The position numbers were made by a program, and so were the translations under genes. This document shows positions 19,173-26,768 of a stretch of DNA of 64,000 nucleotides, in pieces; position 1 is the stretch's first letter, and each line of letters begins with the position of its first letter. The notes beneath the pieces were generated by a model that did no database searches, was not told where the DNA came from, and saw only the letters and a list, made by a program, of their open reading frames with translations. The stretch is from Candidatus Omnitrophota bacterium (GTDB lineage Bacteria > Omnitrophota > Gorgyraeia > Aquiviventales > Aquiviventaceae): the NCBI GenBank assembly GCA_023247255.1, contig JAHFGV010000003.1, positions 5,315 through 69,314 of the forward strand. Direction: 5' to 3'.

Positions 19173-19718
19173 TTATCGAAACTGTTGGTGGCGGAGCCTT
19201 TGTTGCATCCGCCTACGGTAGCGCGGATCGTCAGTCCATGCCACGTTTGCCAAGATAAAACCGCGCGCCGCTTCACTGGAAGCCTTGGCGAGAGCTCTGG
19301 CGCAACGTAGATCCGATTCCAATCGAGGCTTCAGTTTCCGTCCAGATTTGTGACAGGTTCTTTCCACCCATCGCGCATGTTGCAAGACTTTCCACTGAAG
19401 CTCGGTAGCTACTTGCAGGGCGCGACGGATCTTGACACGATCCTTTTGGCGAGTCTGCCGGATTACCTCGGCGAAAGCCTCCGCATCTTGCCGAACCAGC
19501 TTGGCACATTCCCTGCGAATATAGAGGCACTTGCGCGCCATCGCTGAACTGACCTGCAATTTCTCAAAGAGGGCGGCGGCTAAAGCCGTGCTCATCGCTG
19601 CCACGCTGCCACCTCCCAGCCAACAGCCCGGTCGAGCCACTTCATCCAAGAATGATTCCAATGATCCTGACAAGCTCGTTGCCTTGTGTTTTCCTTCTGT
19701 GGGTGACGTACGAGGCAT
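19173..19718 (-). CDS. Cyclodeaminase/cyclohydrolase (FTCD_C/FchA-like) family protein
   Basis: SL..FLDE.A....GGGSVAA...ALAAAL, L...DA.AF, SD....ALA..S......NV; adjacent to folD. Confidence 0.75.
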   Translation of the reverse strand: MPRTSPTEGKHKATSLSGSLESFLDEVARPGCWLGGGSVAAMSTALAAALFEKLQVSSAMARKCLYIRRECAKLVRQDAEAFAEVIRQTRQKDRVKIRRALQVATELQWKVLQHARWVERTCHKSGRKLKPRLESDLRCARALAKASSEAARGFILANVAWTDDPRYRRRMQQRLRHQQFR

Positions 19719-19762
19719 TATATGTGAAAAAAATCACAGGTTCAACTTACAAGCGACCGTTC

Positions 19763-19781
19763 TTACACCCCGGGGGTGTAA
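19763..19781. promoter_or_regulatory. Perfect 19-bp inverted repeat upstream of the fchA-folD-metF-gcv run
   Basis: TTACACCCC-G-GGGGTGTAA; function unknown. Confidence 0.4.
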
Positions 19782-19857
19782 TCGAGGGCAAACAAGCATC
19801 TTCGGATACCACAGTTCTCATCGAGTGTTTCATCGGTCACTGACTGAGGGGGTTAGA

Positions 19858-20925
19858 TTACGAACCGCTTGCATAACTATTGATGCGGTGAATCATCTGA
19901 ATCAATCGACCGTAGCTTTTGCGGTCGAATCGAAGAAGCAAACGGGTGAGTCCTTCCAATTCAGGTTCATCCCCTTCCTCGCGTAACGCCCCCGCCTGAC
20001 GAATGGTGCCGCTGGCTAACAGATCGCGGAATCTCAGATTAAGATCTTCGACAGATGCATCCGAAAGACGATGAGACAAACGCATGGCTAGAACCGAACC
20101 GACAGAGCGCATGGAATGGTAAACATGGTAAAACTGCCGCACTTTATCCACCGCTTCCTGCGCCGAACGCGCTACTTGGTAGATGCCCTTCTCCGAAGGG
20201 CTGATCATTCCCTCTCGAACCAGCTTTTGTTCAAAAAATCGAAGCAAAGGACGCCAAAACGGCCGATCCGGACTCTCCACAAACACAATGGGTCGAGGAT
20301 CCGATTTGCCTGTCTGCACCAACGTCAAGGATTCAAATCCTTCGTCGAGAGTGCCGAATCCTCCGGGAAACAAGACGGTGGCATGGGATTCCTTGATGAA
20401 CAGGAGCTTTCGAGTGAAAAAGTATTTGCAGTTAATCAGCTTGGGGTCCTGGGCGATCACGACATTCGCTTTCTGTTCAAAAGGAAGGCGAATGTTCAAG
20501 CCAAAGCTCCGGTCCGATCCTGCCCCTTCATGTCCGGCTCGCATGATTCCACTGGCAGCCCCGGTGATTACCATCCAGCCGGCACCGTTCATCAGGCGCC
20601 CGAACGCTTTGGCCTCGCGGTAGGCCGAATGTCGGCTGGAAATGCGCGCCGAACCAAACAGGGCTACTTTCCTCACATGACGGTAGGGACGGAAAATTTC
20701 AAACGCATAGCGAAGCTCCTTCAGGGCTGTGTTGAGAATCTTTAAATCACCGGTTGAGGACCGCTTCTCACCCAAGCGGTAGACCGAAACGACCATTTCA
20801 ATGAGGAGCCTGCGGTCAAAGGGATCCGCCACATCTTTCAGCAATTGAGCAATCTGCGCATCCACTTGCTTATGGTGGGTGCTGTAAGCAATCTCGAATC
20901 GCTGGTGAGAAACGGATTGGCTCAT
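19858..20925 (-). CDS. LOG family (Rossmann-fold) protein, long form
   Basis: FGSAR, ITGAASGIM, PFEQ, YFFTRK, PGGFGTLDE. Confidence 0.9.
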   Translation of the reverse strand: MSQSVSHQRFEIAYSTHHKQVDAQIAQLLKDVADPFDRRLLIEMVVSVYRLGEKRSSTGDLKILNTALKELRYAFEIFRPYRHVRKVALFGSARISSRHSAYREAKAFGRLMNGAGWMVITGAASGIMRAGHEGAGSDRSFGLNIRLPFEQKANVVIAQDPKLINCKYFFTRKLLFIKESHATVLFPGGFGTLDEGFESLTLVQTGKSDPRPIVFVESPDRPFWRPLLRFFEQKLVREGMISPSEKGIYQVARSAQEAVDKVRQFYHVYHSMRSVGSVLAMRLSHRLSDASVEDLNLRFRDLLASGTIRQAGALREEGDEPELEGLTRLLLRFDRKSYGRLIQMIHRINSYASGS

Positions 20926-20932
20926 GATTCCA

Positions 20933-21101
20933 ACCCTGCCATTGCGCCCCCAACCCTCGACGATTGCATCACGATATTGTCGATTAACGATTGTCGATTT
21001 TCGATTGAACAGCGGTTTTCAATCGACGATCCAAAATCGACAATCGAAAATTCCAAGGTGTGGGAGTGCCGCTGCCCCAGGCTCATCCTGTGGGGCTCCA
21101 C
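20933..21101. mobile_element. Repeat family B copy 1
   Basis: CCC.GCCATTGCGCC...[GATTGTC/GATTTTC heptamers]-GATTGAACAGCGGTTTTCAATC-[inverted heptamers]...TGCCCCAGGCTCATCCTGTGGGGCTCCA; near-identical at 34612, 35412, 58071. Confidence 0.92.
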
Positions 21102-21105
21102 CCGA

Positions 21106-21135
21106 TTAATAAATTTTGCGAAGCAAAATTTATGG
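21106..21135. repeat. Repeat family C copy 1 (30-bp REP-like hairpin with GAA loop)
   Basis: TTAATAAATTTTGC-GAA-GCAAAATTTATGG; identical at 22753 (reverse) and 25475. Confidence 0.92.
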
Positions 21136-21174
21136 GTATAGCAATTCTCCCGAAGATTTTGTACAATCCCCATT

Positions 21175-22023
21175 ATGAGGCTGGGCCTTCGTGGGGCCTC
21201 TTGGGAAATGAAGCCATCCGGAAAGTCTCTCTACCACCGAGGCGTTTGCTGGCAAGGTTGGGCATTTGTCTTCAGTGCGACGGTTGGAATCGGCTGTAGC
21301 GCCAGCTTTCCACGCCAAGAACCTTTGGTATTTTCCCACCCACAACTGCCGGCGCATCTCCCCTCCGGCCTTGTGACTCATGAGGTTCTTCCCAAAGAAA
21401 CCCTCTGGGCCATCGGGAAACGCTATCATATCTCTGCCGAGGCGATCCTGCGCGCCAATCATCTGACCGACGCCACTAAAATCCCCGTTGGACTCATCCT
21501 CATCATTCCTCGCCCAGAAGTTCCTCGGCTGGTGCCGATCTATCCCAGTCGAGGCCAGTGGACGCATATCGTCATTCATCACAGCGCCACGGTCTACGGA
21601 AATGCCTCGCTTCTCGATCGAGCCCACCGCAAACGGGGATTCAGCAACGGCTTGGGGTATCATTTCGTAATCAACAATGGAACATCAGGCCGCAAAGACG
21701 GGCAAATTGAGATCGGCCACCGCTGGAAACGCCAGCAAGCTGGCGCTCATTGCAATGCCGGTGGAATGAATACCCATGGCATCGGTATCTGCTTGGTGGG
21801 GGATTTCACCAATCATACAATCTCTCAGGCGCAGATGGAATCCCTCATCGGATTGGTGCATCAGCTTTCTGTCGCCTACCATATCCCCCCGGCGCGAGTC
21901 ATTCGACATCGGGACGTCCGCGGAAAGATCACAGCCTGTCCCGGGGATCGCTTTCCATGGACTGAATTTAAACGTCGGTTCCTCTGGCACCTGAGCCAGC
22001 CATCCTCTGATGGCACTTTCTGA
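21175..22023 (+). CDS. LysM-domain N-acetylmuramoyl-L-alanine amidase (Amidase_2), likely lipoprotein
   Basis: GIGC lipobox-like; LysM (ETLWAIGKRY...NHL); IVIHHSAT, GYHFVI, GICLVGDF, HRDV..TACPG. Confidence 0.9.
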   Translation: MRLGLRGASWEMKPSGKSLYHRGVCWQGWAFVFSATVGIGCSASFPRQEPLVFSHPQLPAHLPSGLVTHEVLPKETLWAIGKRYHISAEAILRANHLTDATKIPVGLILIIPRPEVPRLVPIYPSRGQWTHIVIHHSATVYGNASLLDRAHRKRGFSNGLGYHFVINNGTSGRKDGQIEIGHRWKRQQAGAHCNAGGMNTHGIGICLVGDFTNHTISQAQMESLIGLVHQLSVAYHIPPARVIRHRDVRGKITACPGDRFPWTEFKRRFLWHLSQPSSDGTF

Positions 22024-22298
22024 AAAACTGTTTCCTGTTTTATGTGTCATGAGTGATGGAAAGCAAAAGGAGCACTTTGGCCCTGTCTGAGATGCCTGCC
22101 TATTTTCTGCTTTTTCATGACACATAAACCATGAAACATAACACAGACGTGAGTAGTGGAAATTAAAACCATGATTTACTTTCTTCTTGGCCCTGGGCCA
22201 CTAATCTCGATGCATTTTGCAAAACATCAGTCATTACTTCTCTTGGAACACGACACAACACTCGGTCAACGCGTTGGCTATTTTTGCAAAAGCCCAGT
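22021..22298. mobile_element. Repeat family A copy 2 (rearranged)
   Basis: Core plus right end forward (22021-22231), then left end inverted (22232-22298). Confidence 0.85.
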
Positions 22299-22300
22299 GA

Positions 22301-22837
22301 TCACTCAATCCACTCATCCGCACTGAAGGCCCCGCGGATCAATTGTATCTTAGGTCGGTGGGGTGGGTGGGAATTTCCCCAGTCAACGGCCACGACGTCA
22401 AACCGGGCCTCTGGCAGCTTAATCGGACGTCGGTGCCAATACCACCGGGCTGCTTTTTGTATCCGCCGACGTTTGCGATTGGTGATCGATGCCAAAGGCC
22501 CACCCCATTTTTCCGATCCTGTGGAACGGACTTCGATAAAGCAAAGGGTCCGGCCCTCTTGCGCGATCAGATCGATCTCACCGACTGGAAAACGGACATT
22601 TCGCTCCAGCACCTCAAAGCCATTGGCTCTAAGAAAAGCACAAGCGAGTCGCTCTGCCTGTTTGCCCCTGCTTTTGCGGATATCAGCTGTTGTGCGGGGC
22701 TTCCACCAAGATATCCGAAGTCTGCTCAGTAGCCGGGATAATCGGTGATTGTCCATAAATTTTGCTTCGCAAAATTTATTAACCGGGCAATGCCTCAGAG
22801 ATGGCGCGGAATCGATGGGGGAACCCTTGACATACAT
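22301..22837 (-). CDS. yraN: YraN family protein (start uncertain)
   Basis: G..AE..AC.FL, ERNVR...GEIDLIA, FIEVR, RFDVVAV. Confidence 0.9.
   Translation of the reverse strand: MYVKGSPIDSAPSLRHCPVNKFCEAKFMDNHRLSRLLSRLRISWWKPRTTADIRKSRGKQAERLACAFLRANGFEVLERNVRFPVGEIDLIAQEGRTLCFIEVRSTGSEKWGGPLASITNRKRRRIQKAARWYWHRRPIKLPEARFDVVAVDWGNSHPPHRPKIQLIRGAFSADEWIE
22753..22782. repeat. Repeat family C copy 2 (reverse), inside the yraN 5' ORF
   Basis: CCATAAATTTTGCTTCGCAAAATTTATTAA. Confidence 0.92.
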
Positions 22838-22847
22838 GACGTGTATG

Positions 22848-23618
22848 TCAAGGAGGGATGGCTCCTCGGGCCGAAGGCCCGTCGGACGAAGTCAGTATAG
22901 TGGAACCGCCACGGGTTCTACCCATGGGGTGCTTCCCTGGCCGTGCGGATAAATTCCGCAACCCCGTCTCCGCCACCTGCCGAATCGCCAACAGCGAGCT
23001 GCGAAGCGGCGGTTTGCCTGCAGCAAACCCCATCAGGTGGTGGGGCGAAGCGAAATCTATGCTGGATTGAGCCACCGGGTTGAAAGTGAGTCGATGCAGA
23101 ATGCATGGCCCCCACATCTGAAGGGCTTGCCTATGAAGAGTCGTTCCATACCCTTTGTGCCGGCTAAATTGATAATGGGGGTATAGGGTATCGTAGAAGG
23201 TCATCAGACGGTCACGCAATACCTTGGCAACAATCGAGGCACAGCTAATCACGTAGCTGCGTTGATCACCATGCACGATGGGCCGGCAAGGAATGCATGA
23301 TGGAGGCGCATCCCTACCATCCACCAGAACAAGCTTAGGCACTCGGGGAAGTTGCTGAATCGCCTCGGCCATCGCAAGGAGAGTGGCTTGGAGAATATTC
23401 CGTCGATCAATTTCCTGCGCACAGACAATCCCAACGCCTACTTCCGCGTTTTCAGAGATGGCTTCAAAGGCCCGCAAGCGCTGGGAGGCAGTCAAGCGTT
23501 TCGAATCGTCGATTCGAACGCTCAATCGCCGCCGTCTTAAAACCACGGCAGCCGCAACCACTGGCCCGGCCCAGGGTCCCCGCCCTGCTTCATCGACACC
23601 CGCTATCCGTGAACCCAT
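22848..23618 (-). CDS. rnhB: Ribonuclease HII with repeat-derived C-terminal tail
   Basis: AGVDEAGRGP.AGPVVAAAV, DSKRL, ASIVAKV.RD, HKGYGT, HR.TF; ATG at 23618. Confidence 0.95.
   Translation of the reverse strand: MGSRIAGVDEAGRGPWAGPVVAAAVVLRRRRLSVRIDDSKRLTASQRLRAFEAISENAEVGVGIVCAQEIDRRNILQATLLAMAEAIQQLPRVPKLVLVDGRDAPPSCIPCRPIVHGDQRSYVISCASIVAKVLRDRLMTFYDTLYPHYQFSRHKGYGTTLHRQALQMWGPCILHRLTFNPVAQSSIDFASPHHLMGFAAGKPPLRSSLLAIRQVAETGLRNLSARPGKHPMGRTRGGSTILTSSDGPSARGAIPP
22951..23058. repeat. Repeat family E copy 1 (inside rnhB 3' end)
   Basis: AAATTCCGC..CCACCTG...GGTTTGCCTGCAGCAAACCCC..CAGGTGGTGGGGCGAAGC; homologous to 63714-63815. Confidence 0.88.
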
Positions 23619-23634
23619 GGAATACGATTTCGAT

Positions 23635-24234
23635 TCAAGCGGTTTGTACAGGTTTTTTCGCTCGTTGGCCTGAAGCTGCCTGGGGGGATTTTCCTGTGCC
23701 GGTCCAGGAATCGGGAGGAGTACTTTTCTTAGTCGCTTGTTCCTCCGCCGTTTTTGTACCCGCTGGCTGTGAATCTGGGCTCGATGCCGGTGCGGATGGA
23801 GAATCCTCCAAGCGTTGGGAACCGGAAGGCATCGGCTCTTCGGAAGGAACAGCAACCGTGCGGGTATCTTGAGAAGACGGTGACGAAGAACCCCCTTGCT
23901 GTGCGGTCTCAAGCCGAACCCTCTTGACGACAGCGCGCAGGAAGTACAGGCGGCTTCGCTTGACCTTGCCGTGTCTGAGCACCTCAATGCGTTCAATCAC
24001 AGGGGCATCCAGAGGAAACACGCGTTCCACCCCTTCCCCATAGGTCACCCGACGCACGGTAATGGTCTTTGATGATCCAGAGCCTCGGTAGCGAATCACC
24101 ACACCCTCAAATTGAGCCAGGCGTTCTCTATCCTGCTCCCGAATCTTGAACCACACTCGCACGTCATCCCCGGTTCTCAATGAACCTGTAGATGGTTGTT
24201 TCGTTACTCCATGCACCCACTTCATCCAATCCAT
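23635..24234 (-). CDS. rplS: 50S ribosomal protein L19 with long C-terminal extension
   Basis: GDDVRV..KIRE, FEGVVI, TVRR..YGEGVERVFP, GKVKRSRLYFLR. Confidence 0.95.
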   Translation of the reverse strand: MDWMKWVHGVTKQPSTGSLRTGDDVRVWFKIREQDRERLAQFEGVVIRYRGSGSSKTITVRRVTYGEGVERVFPLDAPVIERIEVLRHGKVKRSRLYFLRAVVKRVRLETAQQGGSSSPSSQDTRTVAVPSEEPMPSGSQRLEDSPSAPASSPDSQPAGTKTAEEQATKKSTPPDSWTGTGKSPQAASGQRAKKPVQTA

Positions 24235-24295
24235 TACATCCCTCTCTGTTTTCTACCCCTTAAGCGGGGCTTCAAGCCATTTCAAAACAGAATGA

Positions 24296-25006
24296 CTATT
24301 TATCTGATTGGTCCACCAGGTCCGGACGGCTAGCCCCTGTCCGTTGAACAGCTTGAAGCTTGCGCCATCGGTCGATTTGCTGATGGTTACCCGTTCGCAG
24401 AACGCCAGGAACCTCAAGCCCCTTAAAGACAGGCGGCCGGGTGTATTGGGGATACTCCAATAGATTCTGCATGAATGATTCTTCAACTGTGGCTTGCTCA
24501 TGGCCGATCACACCCGGTACGAATCGTGCCACACAATCAATCAGGACCAAGGCGGGCAGCTCGCCTCCGGTGAGGACATAATCACCGATGGAAACCAAGC
24601 AAGCGTTAAGAAGAATGTTCACCCGCTCATCCACCCCTTCGTAATGCCCACACAGAACAATCACATGTTCTCGCCCAGCAAGGGTCTGAGCCATGGCACT
24701 GGAAAGCTTTTCACCAGTCGGGCTCATGAGCAGGGTCTGGCAACGATCCGGCAAAGTTCCGTGGTCTGGGCAAACCTTGGCTTTAATCGCCGTTACGGCT
24801 TCACACAAAGGCTCCGGTTTCATGATCATGCCTGGGCCGCCGCCATACGGACGGTCATCCACCGTTCGGTGCCTGTCGTGGGTATAGTCACGCAGATCAT
24901 GGATTACGACCTGGAGCTTGCCGTCTCGTTGCCCCCGTCGGAGAATGGACTCATTCAGGATTGCGGGAAACATGTGGGGAAAAATCGTAACGACGTCGAT
25001 CCGCAT
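24296..25006 (-). CDS. trmD: tRNA (guanine37-N1)-methyltransferase
   Basis: VDDRPYGGGPGM, CGHYEGVDER, SIGDYVLTGGE, LEYPQYTRP. Confidence 0.97.
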   Translation of the reverse strand: MRIDVVTIFPHMFPAILNESILRRGQRDGKLQVVIHDLRDYTHDRHRTVDDRPYGGGPGMIMKPEPLCEAVTAIKAKVCPDHGTLPDRCQTLLMSPTGEKLSSAMAQTLAGREHVIVLCGHYEGVDERVNILLNACLVSIGDYVLTGGELPALVLIDCVARFVPGVIGHEQATVEESFMQNLLEYPQYTRPPVFKGLEVPGVLRTGNHQQIDRWRKLQAVQRTGASRPDLVDQSDK

Positions 25007-25027
25007 CGTAGTTGTGCCCTCGTTATG

Positions 25028-25129
25028 CTGATACAAACGAATTATCTAACGCGACAATGCCAGGTGTATTTGCCCCGAACCCGGAACCCTCAACCCAGAA
25101 CTACGAAGGGTTTTTCCGCAGCCTGCTAG
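25028..25129. repeat. Family J fragment (25028-25063) followed by family I copy 2 (25072-25129)
   Basis: CTGATACAAACGAATTATCTAACGCGACAATGCCAG matches reverse complement of ~47631-47666; then CCCGAAC CCGGAAC heptamers and TTTTTCCGCAGCCTGCTAG. Confidence 0.8.
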
Positions 25130-25170
25130 CCACTCAAAGGCCGATCCAGAATTGGCCCCGTCATGCGTAG

Positions 25171-25434
25171 TTATGAAGAAGTCAGCGGCTTTACCGAAAT
25201 GTGCTTGAAGCGTTTGACGAGTCGCGCAACCGCCTCGCTCATCTGTGCCCCATAGGAAACCCAGTAAGCCAGCCGTGACTCGTCCAACTCAAACACAACA
25301 GGATCGCGCGCCGGATTATAATGCCCAAGAATCTCAAGCGTCCGCCCTCCTTGGGCACGTTGGCGGTCAGCCACCACAATCCGATGGTGCGGGACTTTCT
25401 TCGTCCCACGCCGCTGCAATCGAATCACTACCAT
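25171..25434 (-). CDS. rpsP: 30S ribosomal protein S16
   Basis: VIRLQRRG.KK.P..RIVVAD, EILGHYNP, GAQMSE.V. Confidence 0.96.
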   Translation of the reverse strand: MVVIRLQRRGTKKVPHHRIVVADRQRAQGGRTLEILGHYNPARDPVVFELDESRLAYWVSYGAQMSEAVARLVKRFKHISVKPLTSS

Positions 25435-25474
25435 CCGCAACCCTCCGCTTAGCTATGTCCTGCAAAGAAACCCG

Positions 25475-25504
25475 TTAATAAATTTTGCGAAGCAAAATTT
25501 ATGG
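25475..25504. repeat. Repeat family C copy 3, 4 bp from the murA stop
   Basis: TTAATAAATTTTGCGAAGCAAAATTTATGG. Confidence 0.92.
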
Positions 25505-25508
25505 CAAA

Positions 25509-26768
25509 CTACTCGACTCGACGGATCTGGGCACCTAATCCCGCGAGTTTTTCCGGAAAGTGATCGTAGCCACGTTCCAAATGTTCAATGCCTTCCAACT
25601 CGGTTTGATGCTGAGCCACCAACCCCGCAAGAACCAATGCCGCCGAAGCACGCAGATCGGATGCAACCACTGGAGCTCCGGACAACCGTCCCACTCCTTT
25701 TACGATGGCACTGGCACCCTCCCGCGTAATCTGTGCTCCCATCCGATTGAGCTCTGCAATATGCATGAATCGTTCCGGATATACTCTCTCGGTGAGCAGG
25801 CTCGAACCTTGGGCGATTGACATCAAGGCCACAATCTGCGCCTGCAAATCGGTCGGAAAACCTGGAAATGCCAGGGTGGTTACATCCACAGCCTGAGGAC
25901 AACGCATCCCGCGCACGCGAATGGCTCCACTCAGTTTTTCCACGCTCACCCCAGCTTCGATCAGTTTGTCTATCACCGCGCCCAGATGATCGGCCCGTGC
26001 GCCTTCAATGGTCAAGTCTCCTTGCGTCATGGCAGCGGCGATCATCCACGTCCCTGCTTCAATACGATCCGGAATGATGCGATGCTCGGCCCCGTGGAGC
26101 CGTTGGACCCCCTCGACGCGAATCACCGATCCTCCATGCCCCTCGATGCGCGCTCCCATGCGAATGAGAAACTGTGCCAGATCCGTAATTTCCGGCTCGT
26201 AGGCTGCATGTTCGATCACCGTGGTCCCCTTGGCGAGGGTGGCGGCCATCATCACATTCGCTGTCGCCAAAACCGATGAGCCAAACGCTCCACTCAAGTG
26301 AACCTTGGCACCGCGCAGCTCATCGGCGACAGCAACCACATAGCCATGCTCTACCGTCAGTGTAGCCCCCAGCGCCTGGAGTCCCTTGAGATGAAGGTCA
26401 ATCGGCCTTGGCCCGATGACGCACCCACCAGGCATGGAAACCTGAGCGCGTCCTTGCCTGCTCAACAAAGGCCCCAGCACGCAGATGGATGCCCGCATCC
26501 GGCTGACCAGCTCGTAGGGAGCCACCTGCCCCGCGAAGCGTCCGGGCGTGATCACTAAGTGATCGTCGGTAAACTCGACTTGAAGTCCCAGATGACGCAG
26601 GATCTCGATCATCAACAGGACGTCAGTAACGTGGGGAACGCCTTCAATCGTCGAGGGCTCATCGGTCAACAGACACGCGGCCATGATGGGCAGGACGGCG
26701 TTCTTTGCCCCGTTGATGGTCACTCTTCCCTCAAGGGGTCCGCTATGTTCAATGAGCAGTCGCGCCAT
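25509..26768 (-). CDS. murA: UDP-N-acetylglucosamine 1-carboxyvinyltransferase
   Basis: GAKNAVLP, MRASI, PGGCVIG.RPIDLH, PDRIEAGT, FPTDLQ, DLRA. Confidence 0.97.
   Translation of the reverse strand: MARLLIEHSGPLEGRVTINGAKNAVLPIMAACLLTDEPSTIEGVPHVTDVLLMIEILRHLGLQVEFTDDHLVITPGRFAGQVAPYELVSRMRASICVLGPLLSRQGRAQVSMPGGCVIGPRPIDLHLKGLQALGATLTVEHGYVVAVADELRGAKVHLSGAFGSSVLATANVMMAATLAKGTTVIEHAAYEPEITDLAQFLIRMGARIEGHGGSVIRVEGVQRLHGAEHRIIPDRIEAGTWMIAAAMTQGDLTIEGARADHLGAVIDKLIEAGVSVEKLSGAIRVRGMRCPQAVDVTTLAFPGFPTDLQAQIVALMSIAQGSSLLTERVYPERFMHIAELNRMGAQITREGASAIVKGVGRLSGAPVVASDLRASAALVLAGLVAQHQTELEGIEHLERGYDHFPEKLAGLGAQIRRVE

Noticed and set aside
19719-19857. ZTP or THF riboswitch upstream of fchA-folD
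   Set aside because: Could not match conserved motifs by eye; an Rfam scan would settle it.
23619-23996. Long N-terminal extensions in track ORFs (rnhB; also 50935-51297, 60913-61140, 39757-39843)
   Set aside because: They overlap upstream genes or repeats; downstream ATGs match family starts.
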